Origin: Candidatus Moraniibacteriota bacterium
GTDB taxonomy: Bacteria > Patescibacteriota > Minisyncoccia > CAIUEV01 > JAHKAQ01
Direction: 5' to 3'
Assembly (NCBI GenBank): GCA_014729725.1
Contig: WJJL01000045.1
Coordinates: forward strand, 1-56,555
DNA length: 56,555 nt
The translations under genes and the position numbers were made by a program. Under the pieces are notes generated by a model. The model made no database searches. It saw nothing but the letters and a program-made list of their open reading frames with translations, and had not been told where the DNA came from. The stretch's first letter is position 1. The number at the start of each line of letters is the position of its first letter. Shown piece by piece: positions 43,779 through 54,258 of this stretch.

Positions 43779-45791
43779 ATGCAAAAACCTAATTTTAAAT
43801 TTTTTAAAAACAACAAAAAATTTGTAATCATTTTCGGTCTAATTCTTCTGGTTGGAATATATTTAAGACTCTACAGACACGATGATTTTTTACATTTTGA
43901 ACTCGATCAGGCCAGAGACAGTATTGTAATAAGCCAGGCAATAGAAGAAGGACCGGGGGAACTGCCTCTTTTAGGTCCCAGAGCAGCCGGAACCATGTTG
44001 CGACTGGGTCCTGTTTTTTACTATTTTCAATACTTAAGCGCTTTAATTTTTGGAAACACTCCGCCGGCAATGAACTCCATTAATATGTTTTTTTCAATTC
44101 TTGCCATTCCTTTGCTTTATATTTTTTTATCCTTTTATTTTTCCAAAAAAATCAGTCTTTTAACCAGTGCGGTTTTTTCAGTCTCTTTATTTGCGGTCAC
44201 TTACAGCAAATTCGCCTGGAATCCCAACAGTCTGCCATTTTTTATTTTATCGATTTTTATTATTTTAAATCTTTTGTTTCATAAACCCAAAAAGAAAAAA
44301 AATAAAGTAATCTTAATCTATCTTTTGACAATTTGCGCCTCAATCGCTATGCAGCTTCATTTTCTGGCTTTTTTAGCGGTGCCGGTTTTTCTTTTGGTTT
44401 ATCTGATTTTTAATAAGATATTTTTAAAACCAATCTTAGAATTTAAAATTTTCTATAAAAAACCTAAAGATAAAAAAATAAAACGAAAATCTTATAGTCT
44501 TTTCTATTTAATCATCAAACAAACAAAAAAAGCTTTTAAAGAATTAAGTAAAAATTTTAAAAACAACAAAAAACACTATATTGGGGTTTTTCTACTCTTT
44601 ATTTTTTTCTTCAGTCCAGTTTTTATTAACGAATATCTTACGGGAGCCGACAATACCAGAGAATTTTTCAAAGCAATTTCTGAAAAAAGCGAGCGCGGAG
44701 ACCGTCATAATTTAGTGGAAAATTTAGCCAGAAATTACCAGGAATATTCCAGGGGATATTTTCTGATCATTTCAGGAATTGAAAAAACGGACAATGTTGG
44801 AATGGACTTTTTCAATGACGGTCACAAATTAAATTTTTCCTGCGATAAAAAATGTAGAGAAAGACTGCCTTTTAGTGTTTTGGCTTTTGTTTTTTTTACC
44901 ACAGGTTTAATCTTTTTACTTTTAGAAATAATCAAAAACTTTAAAATATCCAACAGGATAGTCCTTAAAAACCGTCAAAAAGATTTTTCCAAGCTCTCTT
45001 TTGGTAAAAATAAAACTATCGCCAAATTAAATTTTTTATTAATAATTTTAATTTTTCTTTCAGTGGTTTTTTTCGGCTTTGTCTCGGCAGCTTATAAATT
45101 TCCCCCAAGATTTCTTTTAACCACCCTTCCCATAGCTTTCGTGTTTCTAGCTCTTTGGCTGGATAAAATAGACAGTCTAAGTCAGTGGAAGCTAAAAATC
45201 TTTAAAAATCCACTATTGAAAAAAAACTGGCCTCATCTTTTAATTTATTTAATTGTGGGTTTGGTGATAATTTTAAATTTATATTTCAACTTCGAGCGTT
45301 TTTCACAGCAAGCTACGGCTCATACAAAAAACCCCATAGAATTTGAAAGAGACACTGTTTTAAAAGAAGACATAAGATTTACCTTGCTTCAACAAAGAAT
45401 AATTACCGACTGGATTGTAAAAAACTCAACCTATGAGCGAATTTATGTCTGGGCTCCTCCCAAATATTACCGGCCTTTTCTTTATCATCTGATTTATCAA
45501 AGACATAAAGACGGCCAGCGGCTCAGATATAGTGTGGAGTGTTTGGAAGCGGATTTTTTCGCTATAGTGAAAAAACATTCGGACAACGATTTTTTTCCAA
45601 AAGGAGGCAAATATTTTGAATCAAAATATTCAAAAAATTTCGGTACTTTAACCGTTCATAAGCTCAAAGTTATCGATAAAAAAATGGCTGAAAGTAAAAA
45701 ATGCAAACCGGACGAAGAAAATAAACCGCAAAGCTATGCCAGAAGATATAATTGGAACGAAGTTATTCCAAAACTTTTGGAAAAAGATTAA
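43779..45791 (+). CDS. GT-C fold membrane glycosyltransferase (ArnT/GT39-like)
   Basis: 670 aa polytopic protein. First loop reads HFELDQARD...PLLGPRAAGTMLRLGPVFYY. Confidence 0.6.
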   Translation: MQKPNFKFFKNNKKFVIIFGLILLVGIYLRLYRHDDFLHFELDQARDSIVISQAIEEGPGELPLLGPRAAGTMLRLGPVFYYFQYLSALIFGNTPPAMNSINMFFSILAIPLLYIFLSFYFSKKISLLTSAVFSVSLFAVTYSKFAWNPNSLPFFILSIFIILNLLFHKPKKKKNKVILIYLLTICASIAMQLHFLAFLAVPVFLLVYLIFNKIFLKPILEFKIFYKKPKDKKIKRKSYSLFYLIIKQTKKAFKELSKNFKNNKKHYIGVFLLFIFFFSPVFINEYLTGADNTREFFKAISEKSERGDRHNLVENLARNYQEYSRGYFLIISGIEKTDNVGMDFFNDGHKLNFSCDKKCRERLPFSVLAFVFFTTGLIFLLLEIIKNFKISNRIVLKNRQKDFSKLSFGKNKTIAKLNFLLIILIFLSVVFFGFVSAAYKFPPRFLLTTLPIAFVFLALWLDKIDSLSQWKLKIFKNPLLKKNWPHLLIYLIVGLVIILNLYFNFERFSQQATAHTKNPIEFERDTVLKEDIRFTLLQQRIITDWIVKNSTYERIYVWAPPKYYRPFLYHLIYQRHKDGQRLRYSVECLEADFFAIVKKHSDNDFFPKGGKYFESKYSKNFGTLTVHKLKVIDKKMAESKKCKPDEENKPQSYARRYNWNEVIPKLLEKD

Positions 45792-45842
45792 AAATTCAAA
45801 ATTCAAAACATCCTTATTCTTTTAAATTCTTTAAAGAAACCT

Positions 45843-46442
45843 CTAAATATCTTTCATTTCTTTTCTAAGGATTTTATACCTGGGAATAGTCCTTTGGACC
45901 AAAGCCCAGAATTTTTTAGAATGATTTAATTGTTTTAAATGACATAATTCATGAACGATTAAATAATCGGCATAAACTTCATCCAGTAAAACAATCCGCC
46001 AGTTAAAATTCAAATTACCCATTGAAGAACAGCTTCCCCAACGAGTTTTTTGGTTTCTAATATAAATTTTTCTATAACTAAAATTATAAAATCGATTGTA
46101 CTTTTCCAATTTTTCTTTAACCAAATCATAGGCTCTTTGCTTGTTTTTAAAATAATCTTTTCTGTCTCCCCTATCCAATAAGCCCGGCTTCATGTTTTTT
46201 ACCTCATTTATTTTTTTAAAAATCCAAGAGGATTTTTTAAAAATAAAATTTTCCAAAGTTTTTTTTCTGGCTATCCAAGGTAAAGTAGCTATCAACTGGC
46301 CTTTTTGATTAACAGTTAAACGAATATTTTTCGCTCTGGAACTTCTTCTTAAAAAATACTGAATCTCCTTGTCTTTAATTTTTAGATTATTTTTTCTCAT
46401 ATTATTGAGATTGGGAATAAATTTCATTAATTCTAATTTCAA
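45843..46442 (-). CDS. YgjP-like (DUF45/M48-related) metallopeptidase
   Basis: RWGSCS...LIVHELCHLKQLNHSKKFW. Confidence 0.8.
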   Translation of the reverse strand: MKLELMKFIPNLNNMRKNNLKIKDKEIQYFLRRSSRAKNIRLTVNQKGQLIATLPWIARKKTLENFIFKKSSWIFKKINEVKNMKPGLLDRGDRKDYFKNKQRAYDLVKEKLEKYNRFYNFSYRKIYIRNQKTRWGSCSSMGNLNFNWRIVLLDEVYADYLIVHELCHLKQLNHSKKFWALVQRTIPRYKILRKEMKDI

Positions 46443-46494
46443 AGCCTATTTTTTACAATAACTCCTAAAGATCTTTTTGAGACGACCTTAAGGG

Positions 46495-46537
46495 GTCTGA
46501 AGAAAAACAAATCAAACTACTGCAATTCTCATTTTTT
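46495..46537 (-). repeat. Copy 2 of the 41-43 nt dispersed repeat
   Basis: Reverse complement AAAAAATGAGAATTGCAGTAGTTTGATTTGTTTTTCTTCAGAC matches 26055-26095. Confidence 0.85.
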
Positions 46538-46610
46538 GGCAAATTTTTTAAGATGAAAATTTTATTATATCGCCTTGTTTTTCAGAGGTTCCTTAACTTT
46601 GTTTAGAATT

Positions 46611-48029
46611 CTACTTTAAAAAATCCAGCAAATTAGATCTTTCATAAAATTGATCTTGAGTGATAAAATTTCCATAAACAAAAGGGCTGAAATACCAAAA
46701 ACCCACAATCACCAAAGCCAATAAAATAAAACATAATAAATAACCGATTTTTTTGGGCAGTTTAAAAATTAAAAAATTAAAAAACAAAGCAAACAAAATT
46801 AAGGAAAATATATAAGCGCTGATATAGGAATATAAAAATAAAGGCCGCTCGATAAGTAAGAAAGGGACATAATTAACAAGGTAACCCAAAAACAATCCGC
46901 TTTTAATAGAAAAATCCGTGGTGATGTTTCTAAAAAACAAAACAAAACCCGCTAATCCAATAAGTCCAAGGAAACCTACTGCGGGGTTGGGCATAAAGCT
47001 AATCCCTGCCACTCCCCCGCTTGGATTGTTTTTTGTCCAGTATAATACGCTTTTTTGCATTAACGGCCATTTTTTGGCTTTGCTGGCATATGGATGATCC
47101 GCTCTAATGGCTGCATTAGAGGTGTACATCAATTTGTGATGCGAAACAATATATTTCAATTTGGCATAACCATTAACAATAAAGCTGTTATCCTTATCAA
47201 AACCGTTTTGCTTTAAATCATAATCGGAAATCGGTAAAAAAGAAAAATGAATCATCCAGGTTAATAAATAAATCGCCAGGGAGAAAAATATCATTAAAAA
47301 AGGTGTTTTTATAACTTTTAGTCTTTTTTTGTAAGACTTTAAGTCAAATCTTTTCTTGTAGACAAAAAATAAAAAGTCAAACCCGACTATCAATAAAGCA
47401 CAGGCTAAAAAACCGGCGCCAGTCCATTTAATGCTAAAACACAAACCCAAAAAAACAGAGGAGATGATTAAAATCTTGCTATTGTATTTTTTTTCTCTGG
47501 CTTTTAGAAAAAATAAGATTCCCAGCAATCCAAAAAAAATCAAAAAACCGTCTAAAAGAATAAGTCTTGACTGTACAATTAAAGAATTTTCAAAAACCGG
47601 AAAAAGGGCCGATAAAAAAGCAATCGAGTCTTTAAGCTTTAATTGTTTTAACAAATAATAAAAAACCAAAGGTATCAAAGCTCCGAATAAAGCCGGAAAA
47701 AATCTGAACCCAAGATAGGGAACCTCATTATAGAAACTGTTAAATTCAAAATCAAATCCTTTAGTTTCGCCCACATACTCTTTATACCCGCCTAATCTTG
47801 CTCCTGCATAAATTATTAATTTTCCAAGCGGCGGATGGATGTCAAAGTAACTTTCCCCAATAAAATAAGAGTTTACAAATGAACCAAAATGAGACTCATC
47901 AAAAACGACCTGTTTTGGATAATTTAAAAAAGCAAACCTGGTGCAAAGGCCTAAAATAATTAAAATAAAAGGCAAAATAATCTTTTTATTTTTTTGAAAA
48001 AAATCAATGAATTCTTTTATTTTGGACAT
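46611..48029 (-). CDS. Dolichyl/polyprenyl-phosphate-mannose protein mannosyltransferase (PMT, GT39)
   Basis: VFDESHFGSF...FDIHPPLGKLI loop-1 motif. Polytopic. Confidence 0.8.
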   Translation of the reverse strand: MSKIKEFIDFFQKNKKIILPFILIILGLCTRFAFLNYPKQVVFDESHFGSFVNSYFIGESYFDIHPPLGKLIIYAGARLGGYKEYVGETKGFDFEFNSFYNEVPYLGFRFFPALFGALIPLVFYYLLKQLKLKDSIAFLSALFPVFENSLIVQSRLILLDGFLIFFGLLGILFFLKAREKKYNSKILIISSVFLGLCFSIKWTGAGFLACALLIVGFDFLFFVYKKRFDLKSYKKRLKVIKTPFLMIFFSLAIYLLTWMIHFSFLPISDYDLKQNGFDKDNSFIVNGYAKLKYIVSHHKLMYTSNAAIRADHPYASKAKKWPLMQKSVLYWTKNNPSGGVAGISFMPNPAVGFLGLIGLAGFVLFFRNITTDFSIKSGLFLGYLVNYVPFLLIERPLFLYSYISAYIFSLILFALFFNFLIFKLPKKIGYLLCFILLALVIVGFWYFSPFVYGNFITQDQFYERSNLLDFLK

Positions 48030-50080
48030 TTTATCTTATAAAGCGGATATTTAGGATTAAGCTTTTCAACAATAGAAGGTCCGGATTTAAGCTTGGACAA
48101 GGAAAAATTAAAATCTCGCTCAAAACACTCATCAATTAAAACATGCGTAACTTGATCCCGGCAAATTTTCCTTGAATCAGAATTATTTAAAAAATTTCTG
48201 ATATTTTTAGATCTATCTTGAATCAATTCCGAATTTCCTTGAGTCCAAAGCCAACCCGAAAAACCTAAATAAACTGCTCTTCCGGTCAAAATTGCGATTT
48301 TATTGTTAGCGTTGGAACAAGTTAAAATTATATCGTTTGGTAAGGTGTTTTTCTCTATCCAATGATAAGTCTTTAAATCCTCTTGGGCAAAATAACCATA
48401 ATTTTTTGTATTGTTAATTTCAAGTCCATTTTTTAACCGATTTATACTATCAATTAAACCTGCGAGGCTGGCTAAAATAATAAATAAAATCAAAAATGTT
48501 TTTTTAACAATTTTTATTTTATTTTTAACCCTTTCACTACACTTCTGGCAAAAAAAGTCCAAATTAAAAAAATTCAAGCCCAATATTACAGCCAAAATCC
48601 ACCAATAAAAGATTATTTTATTATTATCGAATTCCCATGGTTGAAATTTAAAAAAATTAAATATTAAAAATATCAAAATACTGGGAATAATTAATTGTTT
48701 TATCTTTTTATTTTTAATTTTAAAAAATAAAGCTATTGAAAAAACCCACACCAAAAAAACTGCCCCGAAATTTTTCAAAGTAAAAAACCAAAAACTTTTA
48801 TCCATTCCTTTTTCAACTTCGTCGCAAGAAAACCAGTTAAGTTTATGAGTACATTGCATCCAGCCAAACCAAGGCTTCACAATCCCCTTTTGAGAAATTT
48901 CAGTGCCTTTTAATATAAACAAAATTTGAGGAATGATAAATAAAAGAATCAAAAAAACAAAAAAAATAAAGCTCTTGCTGATAAAAATCCTGTAATCTTT
49001 TTTTATCCATTGAATAATTAAAGCAAAAATCAAAATAGCAAAGGCCAAAAAACTGTGCACATGGGAAAAAGGAAAAATTATTCCAGGGAAAAACCATTGC
49101 CAGTAAACCTTTTTCTTAAATCTATACAAAAAAACCCCATAAAGAATTAAGAAAAAAAGAAAAGCTCCCGCATTAAAGGACCTTTGATGGGAGAAAAAAG
49201 AAATCAAAGGGACAATCCAAACAATGTTGGCATTATGATTCATGTGAGCGGGTTTACCTCCGGTTCTTTGATCAAGATGACTATATTCGTAAGAAGGATC
49301 TTTGAATTCTTTTATTAAAGCAATCGGCAGACTTTCATTATACTTTTCCCCGGCCTGCCCGAAATAATAGACAAATCCACCGCCGGATCCAAATAAAGTT
49401 AAAAATAACAAAGCCACAGCCAGGCTTTCTTTTTTGAAAATCAACTTGCCAAAAGCTTTAAGTAAAAAAACAAAACTTAACCCGAAGATTAAAAGAGGTA
49501 AATGCCAGCTGATTTTAAAAGAAAGACCCGCTTTTAAAAGCACGGCGCTGGTAAAATTAATAAAGAAAGTATAGGTTAGAGGATGACCGCCGGCAACCGG
49601 ATGATCCAATTTAAAAGGATCCGAAACCGAAAGATGTTTTATCATTCCCATATGATAAGCCCCGTCTCCCCATCCCTTTAATATACCGTAAGGAAAAACG
49701 GAATCTTTCCAAAGCATGCCCTGCAAAGAATTTAAAACAAAAGCAAAGACAATTAAGCCAAAAATAACGGTAAAAATATTTATTTTTTTAAAAGACCGAG
49801 AGGAAATTTTATACAACTTTATTTTCTTTGATAAGCTTTGGCTGGCTAAAAAAACGAAAAATGAAAGCAAAAAAAGAAAAATGTTCAAAAAATGAAGCGA
49901 AAAATTTAAATCTCTAAAACCAAGCGCCAATATTAAAAGCAAAAAATTATAAAAAGCAAAACCAACCGCCAAAGTAAGGATAATTCTCAATAATCCTTTA
50001 ATATAATCTTCTTTATCTAGGCTCGCCAAAATCCAAAAACCAAAAATAAAACAAATTAAAAAAAAGAATAAAATATACAT
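48017..50080 (-). CDS. Large polytopic membrane protein, possible GT-C-like
   Basis: 687 aa, more than 12 TM, translationally coupled to the PMT gene (13-nt overlap). No clear motif. Confidence 0.45.
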   Translation of the reverse strand: MYILFFFLICFIFGFWILASLDKEDYIKGLLRIILTLAVGFAFYNFLLLILALGFRDLNFSLHFLNIFLFLLSFFVFLASQSLSKKIKLYKISSRSFKKINIFTVIFGLIVFAFVLNSLQGMLWKDSVFPYGILKGWGDGAYHMGMIKHLSVSDPFKLDHPVAGGHPLTYTFFINFTSAVLLKAGLSFKISWHLPLLIFGLSFVFLLKAFGKLIFKKESLAVALLFLTLFGSGGGFVYYFGQAGEKYNESLPIALIKEFKDPSYEYSHLDQRTGGKPAHMNHNANIVWIVPLISFFSHQRSFNAGAFLFFLILYGVFLYRFKKKVYWQWFFPGIIFPFSHVHSFLAFAILIFALIIQWIKKDYRIFISKSFIFFVFLILLFIIPQILFILKGTEISQKGIVKPWFGWMQCTHKLNWFSCDEVEKGMDKSFWFFTLKNFGAVFLVWVFSIALFFKIKNKKIKQLIIPSILIFLIFNFFKFQPWEFDNNKIIFYWWILAVILGLNFFNLDFFCQKCSERVKNKIKIVKKTFLILFIILASLAGLIDSINRLKNGLEINNTKNYGYFAQEDLKTYHWIEKNTLPNDIILTCSNANNKIAILTGRAVYLGFSGWLWTQGNSELIQDRSKNIRNFLNNSDSRKICRDQVTHVLIDECFERDFNFSLSKLKSGPSIVEKLNPKYPLYKIKCPK

Positions 50081-50094
50081 TTATTTTTTTGTTT

Positions 50095-51969
50095 TTAGTT
50101 ATTAATATATTTTTTTCTCAATTCTTTTGCTTCACCCTGTTCTACAAATTCATCTTCTATTGCAACCAGCTTGACCGGTCTGATAATTTTTCTTTTAGCC
50201 AGTTCAGTCATCAAATAAGCTCCAAATCCACCTATTTTAACATTTTCTTCAATTACGGTTAACTTTTTAGCTTCTTTAGCGTAATTAAAAATTTCCTCAT
50301 CAATTGGTTTAAGACAACTTACATTAATAACAGTGGGTAAATTTTTTAATTCCTTGTCTTTAATTTTTTGCTCAATAATTTCAAGAGCTTTTTCCAACTG
50401 ACTGCCTACAAATAATATTAGCTCCTCTTTACCTTTATAAAGCACCCGGCTTTTGGCAAATTGAAATTCAACAGATTGATTTTTTGCTTTTAAAACAGGC
50501 TCTAGTTTTAGGCGATATTTTTTAAAATCAATTTTATTTTGACTCTTGGGGTATCTTATAGCCAAAGGGGCTTTATAACCAACTGAAAATTCCAGCATCT
50601 CTTCCAACTCCTTTTGATTGCTTGGCGCCAAAACCGACATATTGGGAATATGAAGCAAATAGCTTAAATCAAAAACCCCGTGATGGGTTGGACCGTCATG
50701 ACCCACAATCCCGGCCCTGTCAATGGCAAATACCACCGACAAATTTTGCAAACAAATATCATGGACTATTTGATCGTAAGATCTTTGAAGAAAAGTCGAA
50801 TAAATTGCCACATAAGGTTTATAGCCTCTGGCTGCCAAACCTCCCGCAAAAGTTACCGCATGACTTTCACAAATCCCCACATCATAAAATTGAGTTTTTA
50901 ATCTGTTGGCAAAGTCCGCCAAACCGGTTCCTTCAGCCATAGCCGCAGTGACCGCAATAATTTTCTTATCCTTTTGAGCAAGTTCTGATAATTTTTTACC
51001 AAATACTTGAGAATAACAAATTTTTTCCTCCCCGGATTTTTTACTTTCGCACTTACCGGTGGATATTTGAAAAGGCGACACTCCGTGAAACTTATCCGCG
51101 TTTTTTTCCGCCAATTTGTAGCCCATTCCCTTTTTGGTTCTGGCGTGAATCAGCACCGGCCCTTTTAATTTGTCAGCTTTATTTAAAGCTTTGATTATCT
51201 GTTCAATAGTATGCCCGTCAATAGGCCCAATATAATTTATCCCCAATTTTTCAAATAACAAACCGGGGGTTCCCACCTTTTTAAAAGCCTTTTTTAAAGA
51301 TCTTAGTCTTTGAAGGCTTTTTTGTTTTTCAAAAGTGGAAGCCATCAAATAACTAATATCTGATTTTACCGATTTATAAATTTCGGTTTTCTCAATTCTT
51401 TTGGTATAGCGAGAAAGAGCTCCAACATTTTCGTTAATCGACATTCTGTTGTCATTTAATATTATGATTACATTGGACCTTAAATAACCGATTTGATTAA
51501 TGGCTTCAAGCGCCAATCCGCTGGTCAAAGAACCATCACCTATGAAAGCCGCCACTCTTGTTTTAAAATTTTGTTTCTTAAAAGCCTCTGCCATACCCAT
51601 AGCCGCCGAGATAGAGGTGCTGCTATGCCCTGTTCCAAAAGCATCAAATTTACTTTCACTCATCCTTGGAAAACCGCTAATCCCACCTTTTTGTCTTAGA
51701 TTTTTAAACTCATTTTTTCTTCCTGTTAGAATTTTATGGACATAACTTTGATGTCCCACATCCCAAATCAATTTATCTTTGGGGCAATCCAAAAATTTAT
51801 GCAAAGCCAAAGTTAGCTCCACCACTCCCAAATTGGAAGCCAAATGCCCTCCTGTTTGAGAGACATTCTCCAATAAAAACTCTCTGATTTCTTTAGCTAA
51901 AATATTTAACTTTTTAGGAGTAAGCGGTTTTAAATCTTGAGGATAATCGATTTTGTCTAAAAGTTTCAT
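50095..51969 (-). CDS. dxs: 1-deoxy-D-xylulose-5-phosphate synthase
   Basis: GGHLASNLGVVELT, GHSSTSISAAMGMA, IGDGSLTSG. Confidence 0.95.
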   Translation of the reverse strand: MKLLDKIDYPQDLKPLTPKKLNILAKEIREFLLENVSQTGGHLASNLGVVELTLALHKFLDCPKDKLIWDVGHQSYVHKILTGRKNEFKNLRQKGGISGFPRMSESKFDAFGTGHSSTSISAAMGMAEAFKKQNFKTRVAAFIGDGSLTSGLALEAINQIGYLRSNVIIILNDNRMSINENVGALSRYTKRIEKTEIYKSVKSDISYLMASTFEKQKSLQRLRSLKKAFKKVGTPGLLFEKLGINYIGPIDGHTIEQIIKALNKADKLKGPVLIHARTKKGMGYKLAEKNADKFHGVSPFQISTGKCESKKSGEEKICYSQVFGKKLSELAQKDKKIIAVTAAMAEGTGLADFANRLKTQFYDVGICESHAVTFAGGLAARGYKPYVAIYSTFLQRSYDQIVHDICLQNLSVVFAIDRAGIVGHDGPTHHGVFDLSYLLHIPNMSVLAPSNQKELEEMLEFSVGYKAPLAIRYPKSQNKIDFKKYRLKLEPVLKAKNQSVEFQFAKSRVLYKGKEELILFVGSQLEKALEIIEQKIKDKELKNLPTVINVSCLKPIDEEIFNYAKEAKKLTVIEENVKIGGFGAYLMTELAKRKIIRPVKLVAIEDEFVEQGEAKELRKKYINN

Positions 51970-52080
51970 TATTCAATATTCAATTTTATAAAATTTGAGA
52001 ATTTAATAATTAGCGCTAAACCCCCTGTTTTAAGCGCTTAATCTAAAGTTAATCAAGACTAGCCACAATAATGCTGGGGA

Positions 52081-52794
52081 CTAAAAATGTGAATTTCCCA
52101 GATTTATTAAAGCTTTGGCCTTTAAAAAATCCTGTTTAAAAGTTATCTTAAAATTCAATTTTGTGCCAGGTATAATTTTTACTTTTTCACCTAATCTTGA
52201 AATTAATTCAAGTTCGTCGGTTCCTATAAAATTTTCCTTTTTAGCCTTTTTAAAGGCTTTCATTAAAACCGACAATCTTGCTCCTTGAGGGGTTTGGGTC
52301 CTCCAAATTTTTTCTCTCTCCAGCTTTTTGAGGATTTTAAAATTTTTACCCAATTTTCTTAGCGTATCAACTGAAGGCAAAGCCACGGCACAAGCACAAT
52401 CTTTTTTAACTCCTTCAATAACCTTATTAAAATCGGATTTTTTAGCAAAAATATTGGCTGCATTGTGGACTAAAATAATCGGATTATTTTTAAAATTCTC
52501 ATCATAGATTTTTACCAAACCTTTATAAACCGAATCTTGTCTTTCTTTGCCCCCGCTAATAATATAGCTAACTTTAACAAGTTCTTTTTTATTAAAATGT
52601 TTCTTCAAACTGGTTTTAAATACATCCTCCCATCCTTTTGGCGCGGCAATAATTACCTTTTTTACTTTACTGGAAAAAACATTTTTCAAAGAATAATAAA
52701 AAATCGGTTTATTCTTAATTGGAACCAGAGCTTTGGGTAAATCTTTCCCCAACCTTTTCCCCTTTCCGGCGGCGCAAAGAATTAAAATAGCCAT
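52081..52794 (-). CDS. ispD: 2-C-methyl-D-erythritol 4-phosphate cytidylyltransferase
   Basis: ILCAAGKGKRLG N-terminal motif. 237 aa. Confidence 0.8.
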   Translation of the reverse strand: MAILILCAAGKGKRLGKDLPKALVPIKNKPIFYYSLKNVFSSKVKKVIIAAPKGWEDVFKTSLKKHFNKKELVKVSYIISGGKERQDSVYKGLVKIYDENFKNNPIILVHNAANIFAKKSDFNKVIEGVKKDCACAVALPSVDTLRKLGKNFKILKKLEREKIWRTQTPQGARLSVLMKAFKKAKKENFIGTDELELISRLGEKVKIIPGTKLNFKITFKQDFLKAKALINLGNSHF

Positions 52795-52808
52795 AAATTT
52801 AAATTAAA

Positions 52809-53390
52809 CTAACTGTTTTTAACTTTCAAATCGTAGAGCATCATTTCCAAATTTTTTACATTTCTTTTGGCCTGATCAAATTTATGTCTTGAACCGCCTT
52901 TTAAATCCATTTCCAAAAGATTTTCGATAACTTTTCCGCTTACTTTATGAAACTGCTCTAGTTTGTCCATATTTTCTCTGGAGGCTATGCGAACGGCTCT
53001 TCGTTGAAGCTCGCCGGTAAAATCGCAAAATCCGCCAATCAAAATTTCCGGAGTATCTTTAAAAAAATCCAAAATTTCTTTTTCCAAAAAAACCTTTGAA
53101 TTTTTGGAGAAATTGTAAAAAAGTAAAGCCTCCACAAACTCCTCCATAGCTTCTTGAAAATAACCTTCGTATTTTATTTTTACGCTTTTATTAACCATTT
53201 CTTGCAACCGGTTAAAAATTTCCCAAGCTTCTTTTAACAGCTCCGCGGCTGATTTTAAATCATCATTGTGAACTTTACTGATCGATTTTTTGGAATTTTT
53301 TAAAACAACTCTACTTTTGGGAAAAGCCTGCTCCTTTTTTTTATCAATTCTGTTAAAAGATTCGATAATATCTGAAAATATTTTTTCCAT
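52809..53390 (-). CDS. Translin-family protein
   Basis: FCDFTGELQRRAV and the C-terminal RHKFDQAKRNVKNLEMMLYDLKVK parallel translin ...SELSRL... and RKRYDGLKYDVKKVEEVVYDLSIR. Confidence 0.55.
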   Translation of the reverse strand: MEKIFSDIIESFNRIDKKKEQAFPKSRVVLKNSKKSISKVHNDDLKSAAELLKEAWEIFNRLQEMVNKSVKIKYEGYFQEAMEEFVEALLFYNFSKNSKVFLEKEILDFFKDTPEILIGGFCDFTGELQRRAVRIASRENMDKLEQFHKVSGKVIENLLEMDLKGGSRHKFDQAKRNVKNLEMMLYDLKVKNS

Positions 53391-53406
53391 GCTTGTTTTT
53401 TAAAAT

Positions 53407-54258
53407 TTATAAATCATAACTTTTTAATTTTTCTTCAAACTGCTTAATCAAATAATCCGGAATGGAAGCGCCGGTACAAATCCAGACCCTACAGTCTTTT
53501 TTAAACCACTGTTTTTTCAAATCAATAGGTTTATCAACAAAATAAGTTTTTTGGTTTAACTTTTTACATATTTTATAAAGTTCTTTGGAATTGGCGCTAA
53601 AGGGAGAACCGATAACTATTACTACATCAGCTTCTCTGGCCTTTTCTTTAGCCTCTTTTTGTCTTTTGTAAGTGGCCGAACAAATCGTGTTGATCACTTT
53701 GATATTTGGAAAATTGTCCAGTAATTCTTGTTTTATCTGCTTAAATTCATCAATATTTCTGGTAGTCTGACAAACAAGTCCCAATTTTTCTTTCCGCGAA
53801 ATTTTTTTGATTTTTTCCCGTAAATCCTCAATATCGGAAAATATAACCCCCTGATTTTCGATAGCTCCGTTAATGGCTTTTACCTCGGAATGATCTTTGT
53901 TACCGAAAATTAAAACCTGTCTGCCTTGATGTTTCAAAAACCTGGCTTTAGCGATCACTCTTGAAACTTTGGGGCAAACAACATTTAAAATCTCCACTCC
54001 CCTGTCTCTAATGGATTGGATGATTTTGGGATCTATACCATGAGCCGTAATAATAACCGTTCCCTTTTTGGCTTCTTCGGGGCTGAAAATTTTTTTTATC
54101 CCCCAGTTTCTGGTTTCATTAATTACATAAGTGTTATGCACCAGATCGCCTAGAATATAAATCGGTTTGGGATATTTGGAATAATTTTTTTTAACCTTTT
54201 CATAAGCTCTTCTAACTCCGGAACAAAATCCGCTCTTTCTGGAGGTTATAATTTTCAT
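53407..54258 (-). CDS. ispH: 4-hydroxy-3-methylbut-2-enyl diphosphate reductase
   Basis: GFCSGVRRA. The start is placed at MKIITS, which forms an ATGA overlap with the upstream stop. The ORF track opens at 54288. Confidence 0.9.
   Translation of the reverse strand: MKIITSRKSGFCSGVRRAYEKVKKNYSKYPKPIYILGDLVHNTYVINETRNWGIKKIFSPEEAKKGTVIITAHGIDPKIIQSIRDRGVEILNVVCPKVSRVIAKARFLKHQGRQVLIFGNKDHSEVKAINGAIENQGVIFSDIEDLREKIKKISRKEKLGLVCQTTRNIDEFKQIKQELLDNFPNIKVINTICSATYKRQKEAKEKAREADVVIVIGSPFSANSKELYKICKKLNQKTYFVDKPIDLKKQWFKKDCRVWICTGASIPDYLIKQFEEKLKSYDL

Noticed and set aside
50622-51745. Several 68-106 aa plus-strand ORFs antisense to dxs
   Set aside because: They lie entirely inside a well-supported conserved gene on the other strand and have no independent signals. 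The many other 60-110 aa antisense ORFs in the track were rejected on the same grounds (for example 2637-2889, 7620-8031, 15866-16813, 42764-43339).
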